In this document: positions 38,843 through 47,514 of the stretch, one piece after another
How the letters are laid out: every line of letters starts with the position of its first letter
How positions within the stretch are numbered: the first letter of the stretch is position 1
The notes under the pieces: model-generated
Databases searched by the model: none
Seen by the model: only the letters and a program-made list of their open reading frames with translations
What the model was told of the DNA's origin: nothing
Assembly: GCA_964360965.1 (NCBI GenBank)
Contig: CAYHYM010000002.1
Location: 1,311 to 65,310 of the forward strand
DNA: 64,000 bases
Source of the DNA: an uncultured Gammaproteobacteria bacterium
Lineage (GTDB): Bacteria; Patescibacteriota; Microgenomatia; Daviesbacterales; UBA10151
Direction of reading: 5' to 3'
Program-made: the position numbers and the translations under genes

Positions 38843-40933
38843 ATGCTTGACAAAATCATTCAATATTCTTTTTATCTTTTATTCTTTCTCACTCCCCTTT
38901 TTTGGACTCCTGTAAATTATGAGCTTTTTGAATTCAATAAAATGCTGCTGGTTTACTTTTTAACCATTGTAATAGTGCTGACTTGGATTTTAAAAATGAT
39001 AAATCAAAAAACACTGATCTTAAACAGGACCCCCTTAGATATTCCACTTCTTTTATTTTTGGGAGCGAATATCTTGTCTACCATCTTTTCCATAGATACC
39101 CATACTTCTATTTGGGGATACTACTCAAGATCAAATGGGGGGCTTCTATCCATAGTTTCATACCTGCTATTATATTGGGCCTTTGTTTCAAACATGGATG
39201 CGCCCAAGGTCTTAAACACCCTCAAGTTTGGGTTAGTATCAGGACTGATCATCTCTTTATGGGGAATTGCAGAACACTTTGGAGTGTCACCTTCTTGTGT
39301 GATCTTGCGAGGGGAATTCAATGCCTCCTGTTGGATACAGGATGTGCAATCCAGAGTTTTTGCCACTTTAGGCCAGCCCAACTGGCTAGCGGCATACCTT
39401 GCCATGTTAATTTTTCCAAGCTTATATTTCTTTTTAACAGCCAAAAACCGTATACTACAAACTACCTACTACCTACTACTAGTTACCTCTTATCTGGCTT
39501 TTACTTTTACCTACTCCAGAGGCCCAATTTTGGGGCTGATAACTGGAATGATAGTGTTTCTCATTCTGTCATTCCCGCGTAGGTCATCGACCGTCGGGAT
39601 GACAAAAAGGGTACTTATCGTTTTAGCTACATTTTTTCTTATCAATCTCCTCTTTGGCTCTGCCTTAACCAACTTTAGACTGGTCTCCAAATTTGCCCCC
39701 CCACCCAGACCGGCTATTTCACTACCTACTCCAGCCTCAACTGTCACCCAGCTTGAACAAGGCGGAACCGAATCAGGACAAATCCGCTTGATTGTCTGGA
39801 AAGGGGCTTTGGAGATCTTCAAACATTTCCCAATTTTTGGTTCAGGTGTGGAAACCTTTGCCATATCCTACTTCCAGTTCCGGCCACAGGCTCATAATTT
39901 GGTCTCAGAATGGGATTTTTTATATAACAAGGCCCACAATGAGTTTTTAAATTATTTAGCCAATACCGGACTGGTGGGACTGGGGACATATTTGATAATT
40001 ATTATAACTTTTATAATAATTATACTAAAGCGCAAAGGAACCGACCATTTACTACTTTTATCCCTCCTTGCCAGCTATTTAAGCTACCATGTGACCAACT
40101 TTTTTGGCTTTTCCGTTGTTGCAACAGCCCTCCTTTTTTACCTATTTCCAGCATTAGCCTTTGTTGCCACAGAATCCACAAAAGCGCTTAAATTGTCAAC
40201 TGTCAATTGGATCTACCGTCGTCCCCTTTACACCAAACTTGCCAAAGGCGTGGTGATCTTTTTAACTCTCTATCTTCTATATTTCATTATTAAGCTTTGG
40301 TATGCGGATAACCTTTTTGCCAAAGGCATGAAAGAATCAGAGACCGGTAATGTGGGATCATCTTATAATTTTTTATTGTCTGCCAGCATTTTAAACAGCA
40401 ACGAGCCATTTTATAGATCTGAGCTGTCATTTGCAGCAGCCTCTGCAGCGCTGTCTCTTTCACCGGGTGAAGCCACGCTTTCGACAAAACTTAAAGATCA
40501 GGCCACTCAAGAATCAGAAAAAGTGCTTAAATCATCCCCCAAAAATGTGTCATTTTGGCGAACTGCCATCAGAACCTATTTTCAACTATCAGCTCTTGAT
40601 GAATCATTTTTCCCAAAAACCATGGCAGCCCTTGATCAAACCATCAAGCTGGCTCCCACTGATGCCAAACTGTACTACAACAAAGCCATACTTTTGGGAC
40701 AAAAAAATGATAATGAAGATGCCAAAGAAGCTTTAAAAAAAGCCATTGAACTTAAACCAAATTATAGGGAAAGTTACCTTGCTTTAGGGATATTTTACTT
40801 TGATGAAGGAAAGAGTAAAGAGGCTGTTGAGACTATGCAAAAAGTGCTGACTTTAGTGCCGGGTGATGCTGATGCGCTTAATCAGCTTAATGAGTGGGGC
40901 AAGCAAGGAATTGCTACGCAATCAGGGCAATGA
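38843..40933 (+). CDS. polytopic membrane protein with an O-antigen ligase/polymerase-like (Wzy_C) domain and C-terminal TPR repeats
   Basis: More than 10 TM helices. NKAHNEFLNYLANTGLVGL matches the WaaL/O-antigen-ligase motif. C-terminal TPR-like region (AKLYYNKAILLGQKND...ALKKAIELKPNY). Contains a 36-bp GTCAT-TIR insert at 39568-39603. Confidence 0.7.
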   Translation: MLDKIIQYSFYLLFFLTPLFWTPVNYELFEFNKMLLVYFLTIVIVLTWILKMINQKTLILNRTPLDIPLLLFLGANILSTIFSIDTHTSIWGYYSRSNGGLLSIVSYLLLYWAFVSNMDAPKVLNTLKFGLVSGLIISLWGIAEHFGVSPSCVILRGEFNASCWIQDVQSRVFATLGQPNWLAAYLAMLIFPSLYFFLTAKNRILQTTYYLLLVTSYLAFTFTYSRGPILGLITGMIVFLILSFPRRSSTVGMTKRVLIVLATFFLINLLFGSALTNFRLVSKFAPPPRPAISLPTPASTVTQLEQGGTESGQIRLIVWKGALEIFKHFPIFGSGVETFAISYFQFRPQAHNLVSEWDFLYNKAHNEFLNYLANTGLVGLGTYLIIIITFIIIILKRKGTDHLLLLSLLASYLSYHVTNFFGFSVVATALLFYLFPALAFVATESTKALKLSTVNWIYRRPLYTKLAKGVVIFLTLYLLYFIIKLWYADNLFAKGMKESETGNVGSSYNFLLSASILNSNEPFYRSELSFAAASAALSLSPGEATLSTKLKDQATQESEKVLKSSPKNVSFWRTAIRTYFQLSALDESFFPKTMAALDQTIKLAPTDAKLYYNKAILLGQKNDNEDAKEALKKAIELKPNYRESYLALGIFYFDEGKSKEAVETMQKVLTLVPGDADALNQLNEWGKQGIATQSGQ

Positions 40934-41196
40934 AATCAATAAAAACTATCATTGCAGAAACTAAATTCAAAGCCAGGCCTAAAAACATCAGCCGTGAGTT
41001 TCAAGTTTATGGAGTCTATCTGGCAGAAACTTTAAATGATACCAAACACTATTCTTTATATATCAAGCTGGCTAAAGAGCTGCCCAGACCAATTTTAGAG
41101 GAGGCCTTAAATTTCACCAAGGGATATTATGGAGCCAAATCAAAAGCCAAAATCTTCATGTGGAAATTACAGCAATTAAAGAGTAAAATAATATAA
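40930..41196 (+). CDS. hypothetical protein
   Basis: ATGA overlap with the upstream stop codon. 88 aa. Confidence 0.4.
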   Translation: MKSIKTIIAETKFKARPKNISREFQVYGVYLAETLNDTKHYSLYIKLAKELPRPILEEALNFTKGYYGAKSKAKIFMWKLQQLKSKII

Positions 41197-41198
41197 AT

Positions 41199-41513
41199 AT
41201 GGCTGAAGAAAAATTTGATCAATCATCCCGACCTGTTCCTCTTGCAGAGAGTGATCTTTCTCCTATTAAACCTTTAACTGCTTCTAACGTGCTAAAAATT
41301 GCCCAAAGATACATCGAAGCTTCATTCGCCAATAGAAGATTTAACAAAATAATTGCTCAAGCCACAGGAGATATAGATGAAGAAGTCATTATGGAATTTC
41401 ATTATGAGGCAGGACAAGCTGATGCATTCAGGAAAGTCTTAAAAATGGTGGGCCAGGACAATTTAGTATCCAAAGTCAATAAAGGTCTGGATCAAGTGAT
41501 TGAACAGCCTTAA
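41199..41513 (+). CDS. hypothetical protein
   Basis: 104-aa ORF immediately downstream. Confidence 0.45.
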   Translation: MAEEKFDQSSRPVPLAESDLSPIKPLTASNVLKIAQRYIEASFANRRFNKIIAQATGDIDEEVIMEFHYEAGQADAFRKVLKMVGQDNLVSKVNKGLDQVIEQP

Positions 41514-42115
41514 AGGGAGAGAATTTGGGAATAATCGTGCGGGACAAAACTTAACTTTCTTGGTAAAATTTTATGGTCCTTCCATCTTCGACGGTTTTTG
41601 GGGTCAACTTGTATCTGGATCGAATGGTTAAAACCTGCCGGCTCAATATTGGGCAAACCGCTGATATTTAATTCCGCTTGTTCACCTTCATCAGGATAAA
41701 GAAGATATCCGAACCTTCCAACCTGTAAATGTTCTATCAGATGAACGATTTTTAACTGATCAGCATCTACCTCACCCAACCTAATCCTGATGGCAATTTC
41801 CCAGGCAGTAATTCTCCCATCCTCTGGTAAATACTCCAAGAAATGTTGTTTGGCCCCAAAACCCAAAAAATGCTGACTCCATAAAATGGCACCGTCATCA
41901 GTTGCAAAAGTACCATTAGGCTTTAAGCTTTCAGGCTTAATTCCTGACTTTAAACGCCTGATAATGGGAGGCAAATCCCAAGTAGCACTTAGTTTTGTAT
42001 GCACTAATTTATCCAATTTGTTACAATCCCCATAATGGAAGTTGTCAAAGCGCCTGATCCCAGGCTTAAAATTCAGACAAAACCTGTCAAAAAAATAAAT
42101 CCAGCTCTTTTGCAA
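41510..42115 (-). CDS. hypothetical protein (start uncertain; annotated ATG overlaps the def start)
   Basis: 201-aa ORF. Its 5' 80 nt overlap the def N-terminus. Confidence 0.4.
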   Translation of the reverse strand: MQKSWIYFFDRFCLNFKPGIRRFDNFHYGDCNKLDKLVHTKLSATWDLPPIIRRLKSGIKPESLKPNGTFATDDGAILWSQHFLGFGAKQHFLEYLPEDGRITAWEIAIRIRLGEVDADQLKIVHLIEHLQVGRFGYLLYPDEGEQAELNISGLPNIEPAGFNHSIQIQVDPKNRRRWKDHKILPRKLSFVPHDYSQILSL

Positions 42116-42610
42116 ATTTTAAAAGAGATGATTAAACTGACCAAAACCTTTAAGGAACCGGAAGGTGTGGGTTTGGCCTCCACCCAAATAGGTTTGGATG
42201 AGGCTTTTTTTGTAGCTCGCCTCGATGAGTCGGCGAAGCCACGCCAAAGGCGGGCGAAGCGGGCCAAAAATGGCAATCCGCCAGCTGGCGGATTTATTTC
42301 TGTTATAAATCCTAAAGTTTTATCTTATGGTAAACGCACTAAAAAATATTTTGAAGGATGCCTGTCTTCTCCCAATATTTGGGGTGAAGTTAAAAGATAT
42401 ACCTTAATGAAGGTTTCTTACCAGGATTCACATGGAAAATCCATCACCCAGACTTTCAAAGGAATCACTGCCTGGATTTTCCAGCATGAAATGGATCACT
42501 TAAATGGAATTTTATTCCAGGATCGGGTTTTGCAACAAAAAGGCAAGTTTTTTAAATTTACAGGCCGTGATAAAACAGGTCAGGATATATTTGAAGAGGT
42601 AACAATATGA
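42035..42610 (+). CDS. def: peptide deformylase with an in-frame basic insert
   Basis: Motifs GVGLASTQIG, EGCLS and HEMDHL. Insert DESAKPRQRRAKRAKNGNPPAGG is encoded by a GC-rich repeat. Confidence 0.85.
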   Translation: MEVVKAPDPRLKIQTKPVKKINPALLQILKEMIKLTKTFKEPEGVGLASTQIGLDEAFFVARLDESAKPRQRRAKRAKNGNPPAGGFISVINPKVLSYGKRTKKYFEGCLSSPNIWGEVKRYTLMKVSYQDSHGKSITQTFKGITAWIFQHEMDHLNGILFQDRVLQQKGKFFKFTGRDKTGQDIFEEVTI

Positions 42611-43476
42611 AAAAAATTGTTTATTTCGGTACTCCTGAGTTTAGCGCCTATATCCTGGAAAAACTGCTTCAGTTTTGCCAGACAAAAAAATTCATTGTTC
42701 AGACAGTGGTCACTAGAGCAGATAAACCTGTGGGCAGAGAACAGACTGTGATGCAATCTCCAGTTGCCATGGTGGCCCAAAAATATGGCATTCTTGCTTT
42801 AAAACCACTTAAGCTTGATGAGCAGTTCCTCATTACCAACTACCCACTACTAACTGCTGACCTCTTCATAGTGGCTTCTTATGGCAAAATTATCCCTCAA
42901 AGTTTACTTGATATACCCAGGTTAGGCTCAATTAATGTTCATCCATCTCTTCTACCTAAATATAGGGGGCCAGCACCAATCCTTACCCCCATCTTAAATG
43001 GTGATAAAGAAACTGGAGTAACAATCATGTTAATGGACGCGGAAATGGATCATGGGCCACTTCTTGCTACAAGCAAGATTAGTATATCAGATCAGGATAA
43101 TCATCAGACTCTGACTACAAAACTTGCTCAGGGGTCTGCCCCACTTTTAATTGAAACTTTGGTTAAATTTGTTGGGGGAAGGATAAAACCCAAGAAACAA
43201 AAACACTCTCAGGCCACTTTTACCAAGTTTACCAAAAAAGAAGATAGTTATTTTGATATTAGCAGTCCCCCTGATCCAGAGGTTTTAGAAAGAATGATCA
43301 GGGCATATTATCCCTGGCCAGTTGTTTGGACCCGCTTTCGCCCTTCGGGCTCCAGCGGGCAAGCCCGCATCGTTAAATTCCTACCCAACAATATGCTGCA
43401 AATGGAAGGCAAAAAGCCAATATCTTTCAAAGACTTCCTAAACGGCTACCCAGATTTTCCCTTTAAAAGTATTTAA
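42607..43476 (+). CDS. fmt: methionyl-tRNA formyltransferase
   Basis: N-terminal IVYFGTPEFS. HPSLLPKYRG formyltransferase motif. def-fmt operon. Confidence 0.85.
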   Translation: MKKIVYFGTPEFSAYILEKLLQFCQTKKFIVQTVVTRADKPVGREQTVMQSPVAMVAQKYGILALKPLKLDEQFLITNYPLLTADLFIVASYGKIIPQSLLDIPRLGSINVHPSLLPKYRGPAPILTPILNGDKETGVTIMLMDAEMDHGPLLATSKISISDQDNHQTLTTKLAQGSAPLLIETLVKFVGGRIKPKKQKHSQATFTKFTKKEDSYFDISSPPDPEVLERMIRAYYPWPVVWTRFRPSGSSGQARIVKFLPNNMLQMEGKKPISFKDFLNGYPDFPFKSI

Positions 43477-43632
43477 AATTTGAAATTTAGTAAAAAATTT
43501 GTATAATTCATCCTTGGTGGAGAAAGTGGCAGCAGAGATTTCCCACTTGCAGACAATCCAAGCACTTAAATAGCTTTCAAGATTTCCTCAATAGTTATCC
43601 AGATCTTCCAATAATTTCTCTTCCTCCTAAAA

Positions 43633-45477
43633 TTAGACTTTAAGATCACCATAACGAGCGTAAATATGACCTCTATGTCCAATTGCTTCCACCAGACAGT
43701 TGTTACCACCCAAAGGATTGTAAACTATTCTAAAATCACCTACTCTATCAACTAATCTTTTACCACCGGACCACTCAATCATTTTAGGTCGAACTTGACC
43801 TAAGGCAAACATCCTGATATGCTCACTCATTTTATCAACATCTTTTGGCCTGGGATGTCCCCCCATTAGTTCAGTCAGTGAGAATCTGGAAGAATTTATA
43901 ACATGATATTTAGGTTCTGGCAACTCTGTTGTATTAACTGGTTTAGGCCCAGCCAAATATTGAGCTATAGGAGTGAACACTTTACTCACCTTATGATGCT
44001 CCCTCTTTGGAAATGGTAACCTAATAGGCTCTTGCCAAACAGCTTCTTGATCTACTTGAGCAGGTTGAACTTCTGCTTGTTCCACTCTGCGATAATCAGA
44101 CAATCTGATTGGTTCCCGATTGGGATGCATTTTTCTGGCTTCTTCTAATATGGGAGGCAAGATATCGGAAAATACTGCTTTGATAAAATGTTCGTGATCT
44201 ACTACAAGTTTGGCTGGCATTCCATAAAATTTACCATTCTGACCAATTTCTAAAGTAAGATGAGTTTCATCATCAGCAAAATGCAAAATAAGGACAAGAG
44301 TTTGTTTGTTTTGGCAAGTCAAAGTTATATTAGTTACAACATGACCTTCCGGCATTTTAAAATTTAGTTGTCTGTGAGGTGAACGCATCACATCAGAATA
44401 TAAATCCTTAAAATAGAAATCTATCAATCTATCAATTAAATTATCCGAATTATTATAAAGACCTTCAAGTTCTGTATCTGTCAGCTTATTTTTACCATAA
44501 AATTGAGCAAATTGATCTAGAGCCCGACCATCCGTTTTTTCATCATAATGTTGGTATTTTTCTAAATTAGCAGGTAAAGTTTTTTCTCTATATGCCTCTT
44601 TGGCCCCCATCTCCATTGTTTCTAATATCCCGCTGTTTCTCCAGAAGAATGGGGAAAAGGAAGTTTCTACCCTGGTTTGAAAAAGCTTGATGGCAGATGA
44701 AGGTGTAATGCCAAGCCTTCCTGGCATGTATATGCCCAAAGCCAGTGGCAATCCTGGCTCGGTGTAGGCTAAAGTTTTACGAAAGGAGAACTCATCCTTA
44801 AGACCCATATCAAAGTTAACCATTAAATCTTTATAGTAGTCAAAGTAAGCGACCAGCCTATTATGCAAAGGATGTAAGGAGGGGAAAACTAAATTTTTCT
44901 GCTCGGGCCTGGCAAATTCTTGTGTTGCCAAATAGATCATGGCCTGGAGCATAACCGGAGATCTTCCAGCATGAAACATCCGATTTATTCTTCTGATACC
45001 TTCTGTGGGAAGGGGCAGGGACATTTGCTCTATATCAAAAAAAGAAGTTCCTTCAGAAGTTATTAAACCCAAAAAATTACTGCCACCTAATTCTTGAGAA
45101 TAAAAATCCTGCTCTTTGAATCTTTTGATTGCTGATTGGGGAAGAGTAACTAAACCTTTGTTTTCTGTTTGAGCCCGCTCCAAAAATATGGACAGTCCTC
45201 TTCTAACTTCCAGCCAGCGGCTTATAAAAGGTTTACCCCTATAAATAACTTTAGTGGGTTGGTGATCTTGTTCGTCAACAATCTGATTCCATTCATCTAT
45301 AGTTTCACCTAATAAATTATAATGTCTATTGTATTGCCCAGCTAAAGCCTGTGCTGAAGATGAATTTGATGACCTATTTTTGCGTCTGTCGGCACGGTTA
45401 CCTAGCCCAACTTGAGGCTGGGTTTCTTGTTGGCCAGGTTGTATTTCCCTTCTGTCAAACATTTTATTAGGCAACAA
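43633..45477 (-). CDS. large hypothetical protein with a C-terminal RelE/ParE-like toxin-fold domain
   Basis: C-terminus RVGDFRIVYNPLGGNNCLVEAIGHRGHIY matches the RelE/ParE core RVGDYRIIY...IL.IGHRKDIY. The N-terminal ~540 aa are unrecognised. Confidence 0.5.
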   Translation of the reverse strand: MLPNKMFDRREIQPGQQETQPQVGLGNRADRRKNRSSNSSSAQALAGQYNRHYNLLGETIDEWNQIVDEQDHQPTKVIYRGKPFISRWLEVRRGLSIFLERAQTENKGLVTLPQSAIKRFKEQDFYSQELGGSNFLGLITSEGTSFFDIEQMSLPLPTEGIRRINRMFHAGRSPVMLQAMIYLATQEFARPEQKNLVFPSLHPLHNRLVAYFDYYKDLMVNFDMGLKDEFSFRKTLAYTEPGLPLALGIYMPGRLGITPSSAIKLFQTRVETSFSPFFWRNSGILETMEMGAKEAYREKTLPANLEKYQHYDEKTDGRALDQFAQFYGKNKLTDTELEGLYNNSDNLIDRLIDFYFKDLYSDVMRSPHRQLNFKMPEGHVVTNITLTCQNKQTLVLILHFADDETHLTLEIGQNGKFYGMPAKLVVDHEHFIKAVFSDILPPILEEARKMHPNREPIRLSDYRRVEQAEVQPAQVDQEAVWQEPIRLPFPKREHHKVSKVFTPIAQYLAGPKPVNTTELPEPKYHVINSSRFSLTELMGGHPRPKDVDKMSEHIRMFALGQVRPKMIEWSGGKRLVDRVGDFRIVYNPLGGNNCLVEAIGHRGHIYARYGDLKV

Positions 45478-45700
45478 CCGAAGCTTCAGTTACTTCGGGT
45501 CTCTTATATGGGGCTTTCACAATCCTTAAACACTTAGTACAATATTTTTTACCTTTATATACATGCAAATTAGGTTTTTGGACTCTTTTGTGAATAGGCG
45601 CTCTTAGAGCCCACACACCTCCTGCTCCTGAGGATCCTTTTTTATGCCTGGAGAAAGAGATCATGTTCTTACCTTTACCACAACGGTAACAGATTAACAT
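45467..45700 (-). CDS. rpmB: 50S ribosomal protein L28
   Basis: CYRCGKG N-terminus. SFSRHKK...KPNLH matches the bL28 pattern (N.SH..N.TKR...PNL). Confidence 0.65.
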   Translation of the reverse strand: MLICYRCGKGKNMISFSRHKKGSSGAGGVWALRAPIHKRVQKPNLHVYKGKKYCTKCLRIVKAPYKRPEVTEASVVA

Positions 45701-45716
45701 ATGGTAGAATTATATC

Positions 45717-46355
45717 ATGAATCCTGAGTTTTTAGCATTATCAATCATTATCCTGTTATTTTCCGTCATCTTACATGAGGTCATGCATGGATATGTAGCC
45801 TTAAGGTTTGGTGACCATACGGCACAGCGGGCTGGTAGATTAACCTTAAATCCTCTTCCTCATATTGATCTATTTGGCACCATACTTTTGCCAGGACTTT
45901 TGATCCTGTCCGGCTCCCCCATTCTGTTTGGCTGGGCCAAACCTGTGCCTGTAAACCCTTTAAATTTTTCCAACTTAAGAAAGGGGGAACTGTTGGTCTC
46001 ATCTGCCGGCATACTGGCCAACTTTGCTTTGGCTGCCGCTGCTACCATCCTCTACCACATCCTCAATGGTTTACCTCAAACTTTCCCTTTTTTGGTGGGA
46101 GCCCTGCTGCGCTTTACAGTTACCATTAATTTGGTGTTGGCAATTTTTAACCTTTTTCCCATTCCACCTTTGGATGGATCAAAAGTGCTTTTGTCTCAGC
46201 TGCCATATAAATTGGCCAAACAATATCAAAAACTGGAACAATATGGCTTTATCATTTTACTGATTCTTCTGATGATCCCATTTGGCCAATCATCACTTTT
46301 ACAAACTATCTTGGGTTTTTTGGTGAGAATATTTTCCAGAGTATTGGGATTTTAA
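45717..46355 (+). CDS. M50-family (site-2 protease-like) membrane metalloprotease
   Basis: HEVMHGYVA HExxH within TM1. Polytopic. PPLDGS LDG-type motif. Confidence 0.7.
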   Translation: MNPEFLALSIIILLFSVILHEVMHGYVALRFGDHTAQRAGRLTLNPLPHIDLFGTILLPGLLILSGSPILFGWAKPVPVNPLNFSNLRKGELLVSSAGILANFALAAAATILYHILNGLPQTFPFLVGALLRFTVTINLVLAIFNLFPIPPLDGSKVLLSQLPYKLAKQYQKLEQYGFIILLILLMIPFGQSSLLQTILGFLVRIFSRVLGF

Positions 46356-46707
46356 ACCATTTAAATACCGTAATCTACACAACCCTATTGACAAACATCA
46401 TAAGCTGTGCAACAATTAAATTACCCTAAAGGGGCTTAAGTAGATGGCCTTAAAGGGTGACTGTCCCTACATAGCACGTTTAAAGCCAAAATATTTTTCT
46501 TCACTGTTTTGTAACTTTACGGGAGTTCGGAGTAGACGTTCAGTTTACATGAACGTCTCAGAACACCCACCTCAATATAATTGAGGGAAAAATTTGGCTA
46601 AACGACTATAGTAGGGAGGAATTATTCTAGTTAGTTTGTAATAATTTACTTCTTCCACGATTTATATCGTAAATATTTCTAATTTTTTGGTAGAATATAC
46701 TGTGTGT

Positions 46708-46782
46708 GCCTCCTTAGCTCAATGGTAGAGCAACGGTTCTGTAAACCGTCGACGACAGTTCGATTTCTGTCAGGAGGCTCCA
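46708..46782 (+). tRNA. tRNA, probable anticodon UGU (Thr), atypical anticodon loop (apparent C33) and 8-nt T-loop
   Basis: Cloverleaf: acceptor gcctcct/aggaggc, D-arm gctc-aatggta-gagc, anticodon arm acggt-tctgtaa-accgt, T-arm gacag-ttcgattt-ctgtc. CCA is encoded. Confidence 0.55.
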
Positions 46783-46807
46783 TGTTTACAGTGAGCGAAG
46801 CCGAACT

Positions 46808-46879
46808 GCCGACATAGCTTAGTGGCAAAGCACTTCATTGGTAATGAAGAGAGCGCGGGTTCGATCCCCGCTGTCGGCT
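46808..46879 (+). tRNA. tRNA-Thr (anticodon GGU)
   Basis: Acceptor gccgaca/tgtcggc. Anticodon arm cttca-ttGGTaa-tgaag. T-arm gcggg-ttcgatc-cccgc. Confidence 0.8.
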
Positions 46880-46914
46880 CTGGATTTACTTAAGACTGAA
46901 GACTTAATACAAAA

Positions 46915-47271
46915 ATGGCATTCAGATTTAGGAATTTTCCGATTTATGAGGATATACGTTCGTTCATTAAAGATATCTATCAATTGGCTAATAAGCTACC
47001 AAAACAGGAACAATTTGAACTAGCTTCTCAATTAAGGCGCGCAGCTACCTCTATATTACTTAATCTAGCAGAAGGTTCTATGAAAAGATCTGATGCGGAG
47101 TTTAATCGTTTTCTAATGATCTCAGTGGGTTCAGTAAGCGAAATTGTAGCTATTTTAGACGTTTGTTTTGACCTGGATTATATTAGTGCTCCAACACATC
47201 AACAATTTATGCTAAAATGTGAATCTATTGCTAAAAGACTCTATGGTTTTAGTAGAAGATTAAAATCTTAA
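46915..47271 (+). CDS. four-helix-bundle protein (23S rRNA intervening-sequence protein family)
   Basis: LAEGS motif and LL.IS.GS...E pattern of the TIGR02436-like family. Located among tRNA genes. Confidence 0.6.
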   Translation: MAFRFRNFPIYEDIRSFIKDIYQLANKLPKQEQFELASQLRRAATSILLNLAEGSMKRSDAEFNRFLMISVGSVSEIVAILDVCFDLDYISAPTHQQFMLKCESIAKRLYGFSRRLKS

Positions 47272-47304
47272 GTCTTTAGTGTTATGTATTAAGTATTTTG
47301 TAAT

Positions 47305-47478
47305 ATGGCTAAAAAGGGAAATAGACAATTAATATCTTTTCAATGTTCTGAATGTAAAAACAGGAATTATACCTCATCAAAAAACACTATCAATAGCAAA
47401 GATCGTCTTACTTTGAACAAATTTTGTAAACATTGCAGAAAGCATACAGAGCACCAAGAGGTCAAAATAGGCAAATAA
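47305..47478 (+). CDS. rpmG: 50S ribosomal protein L33
   Basis: Translation MAKKGNRQLISFQCSECKNRNYTSSKNTINSKDRLTLNKFCKHCRKHTEHQEVKIGK (57 aa, C4 zinc ribbon). Absent from the ORF track because it is under 60 aa. Confidence 0.85.
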   Translation: MAKKGNRQLISFQCSECKNRNYTSSKNTINSKDRLTLNKFCKHCRKHTEHQEVKIGK

Positions 47479-47514
47479 ACTAAATTTTTTCCTCTTAAAA
47501 TTTTAACCCCATAT

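Noticed and set aside
38983-39864. ORFs of 199, 107 and 117 aa overlapping the O-antigen-ligase-like gene
   Set aside because: Alternative frames of a long, well-supported membrane-protein gene.
42035-42115. Overlap of the 201-aa minus-strand ORF with the def start, considered as evidence that one gene is false
   Set aside because: def is unambiguous. The minus ORF probably uses a downstream or non-ATG start; it is kept as a hypothetical with an uncertain 5' end.
46356-46707. 350-bp leader upstream of the tRNA cluster considered as an SRP RNA, RNase P RNA or tmRNA gene
   Set aside because: None of the conserved hallmarks could be found by eye (RNase P GGAAAGUCCGG/P4, tmRNA tag reading frame and tRNA-like end, SRP domain IV). 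Kept only as a promoter/leader region with a hairpin element.
46838-47023. 61-aa ORF spanning the tRNA-Thr(GGU) region
   Set aside because: Overlaps a tRNA gene and the start of the four-helix-bundle gene. Spurious.
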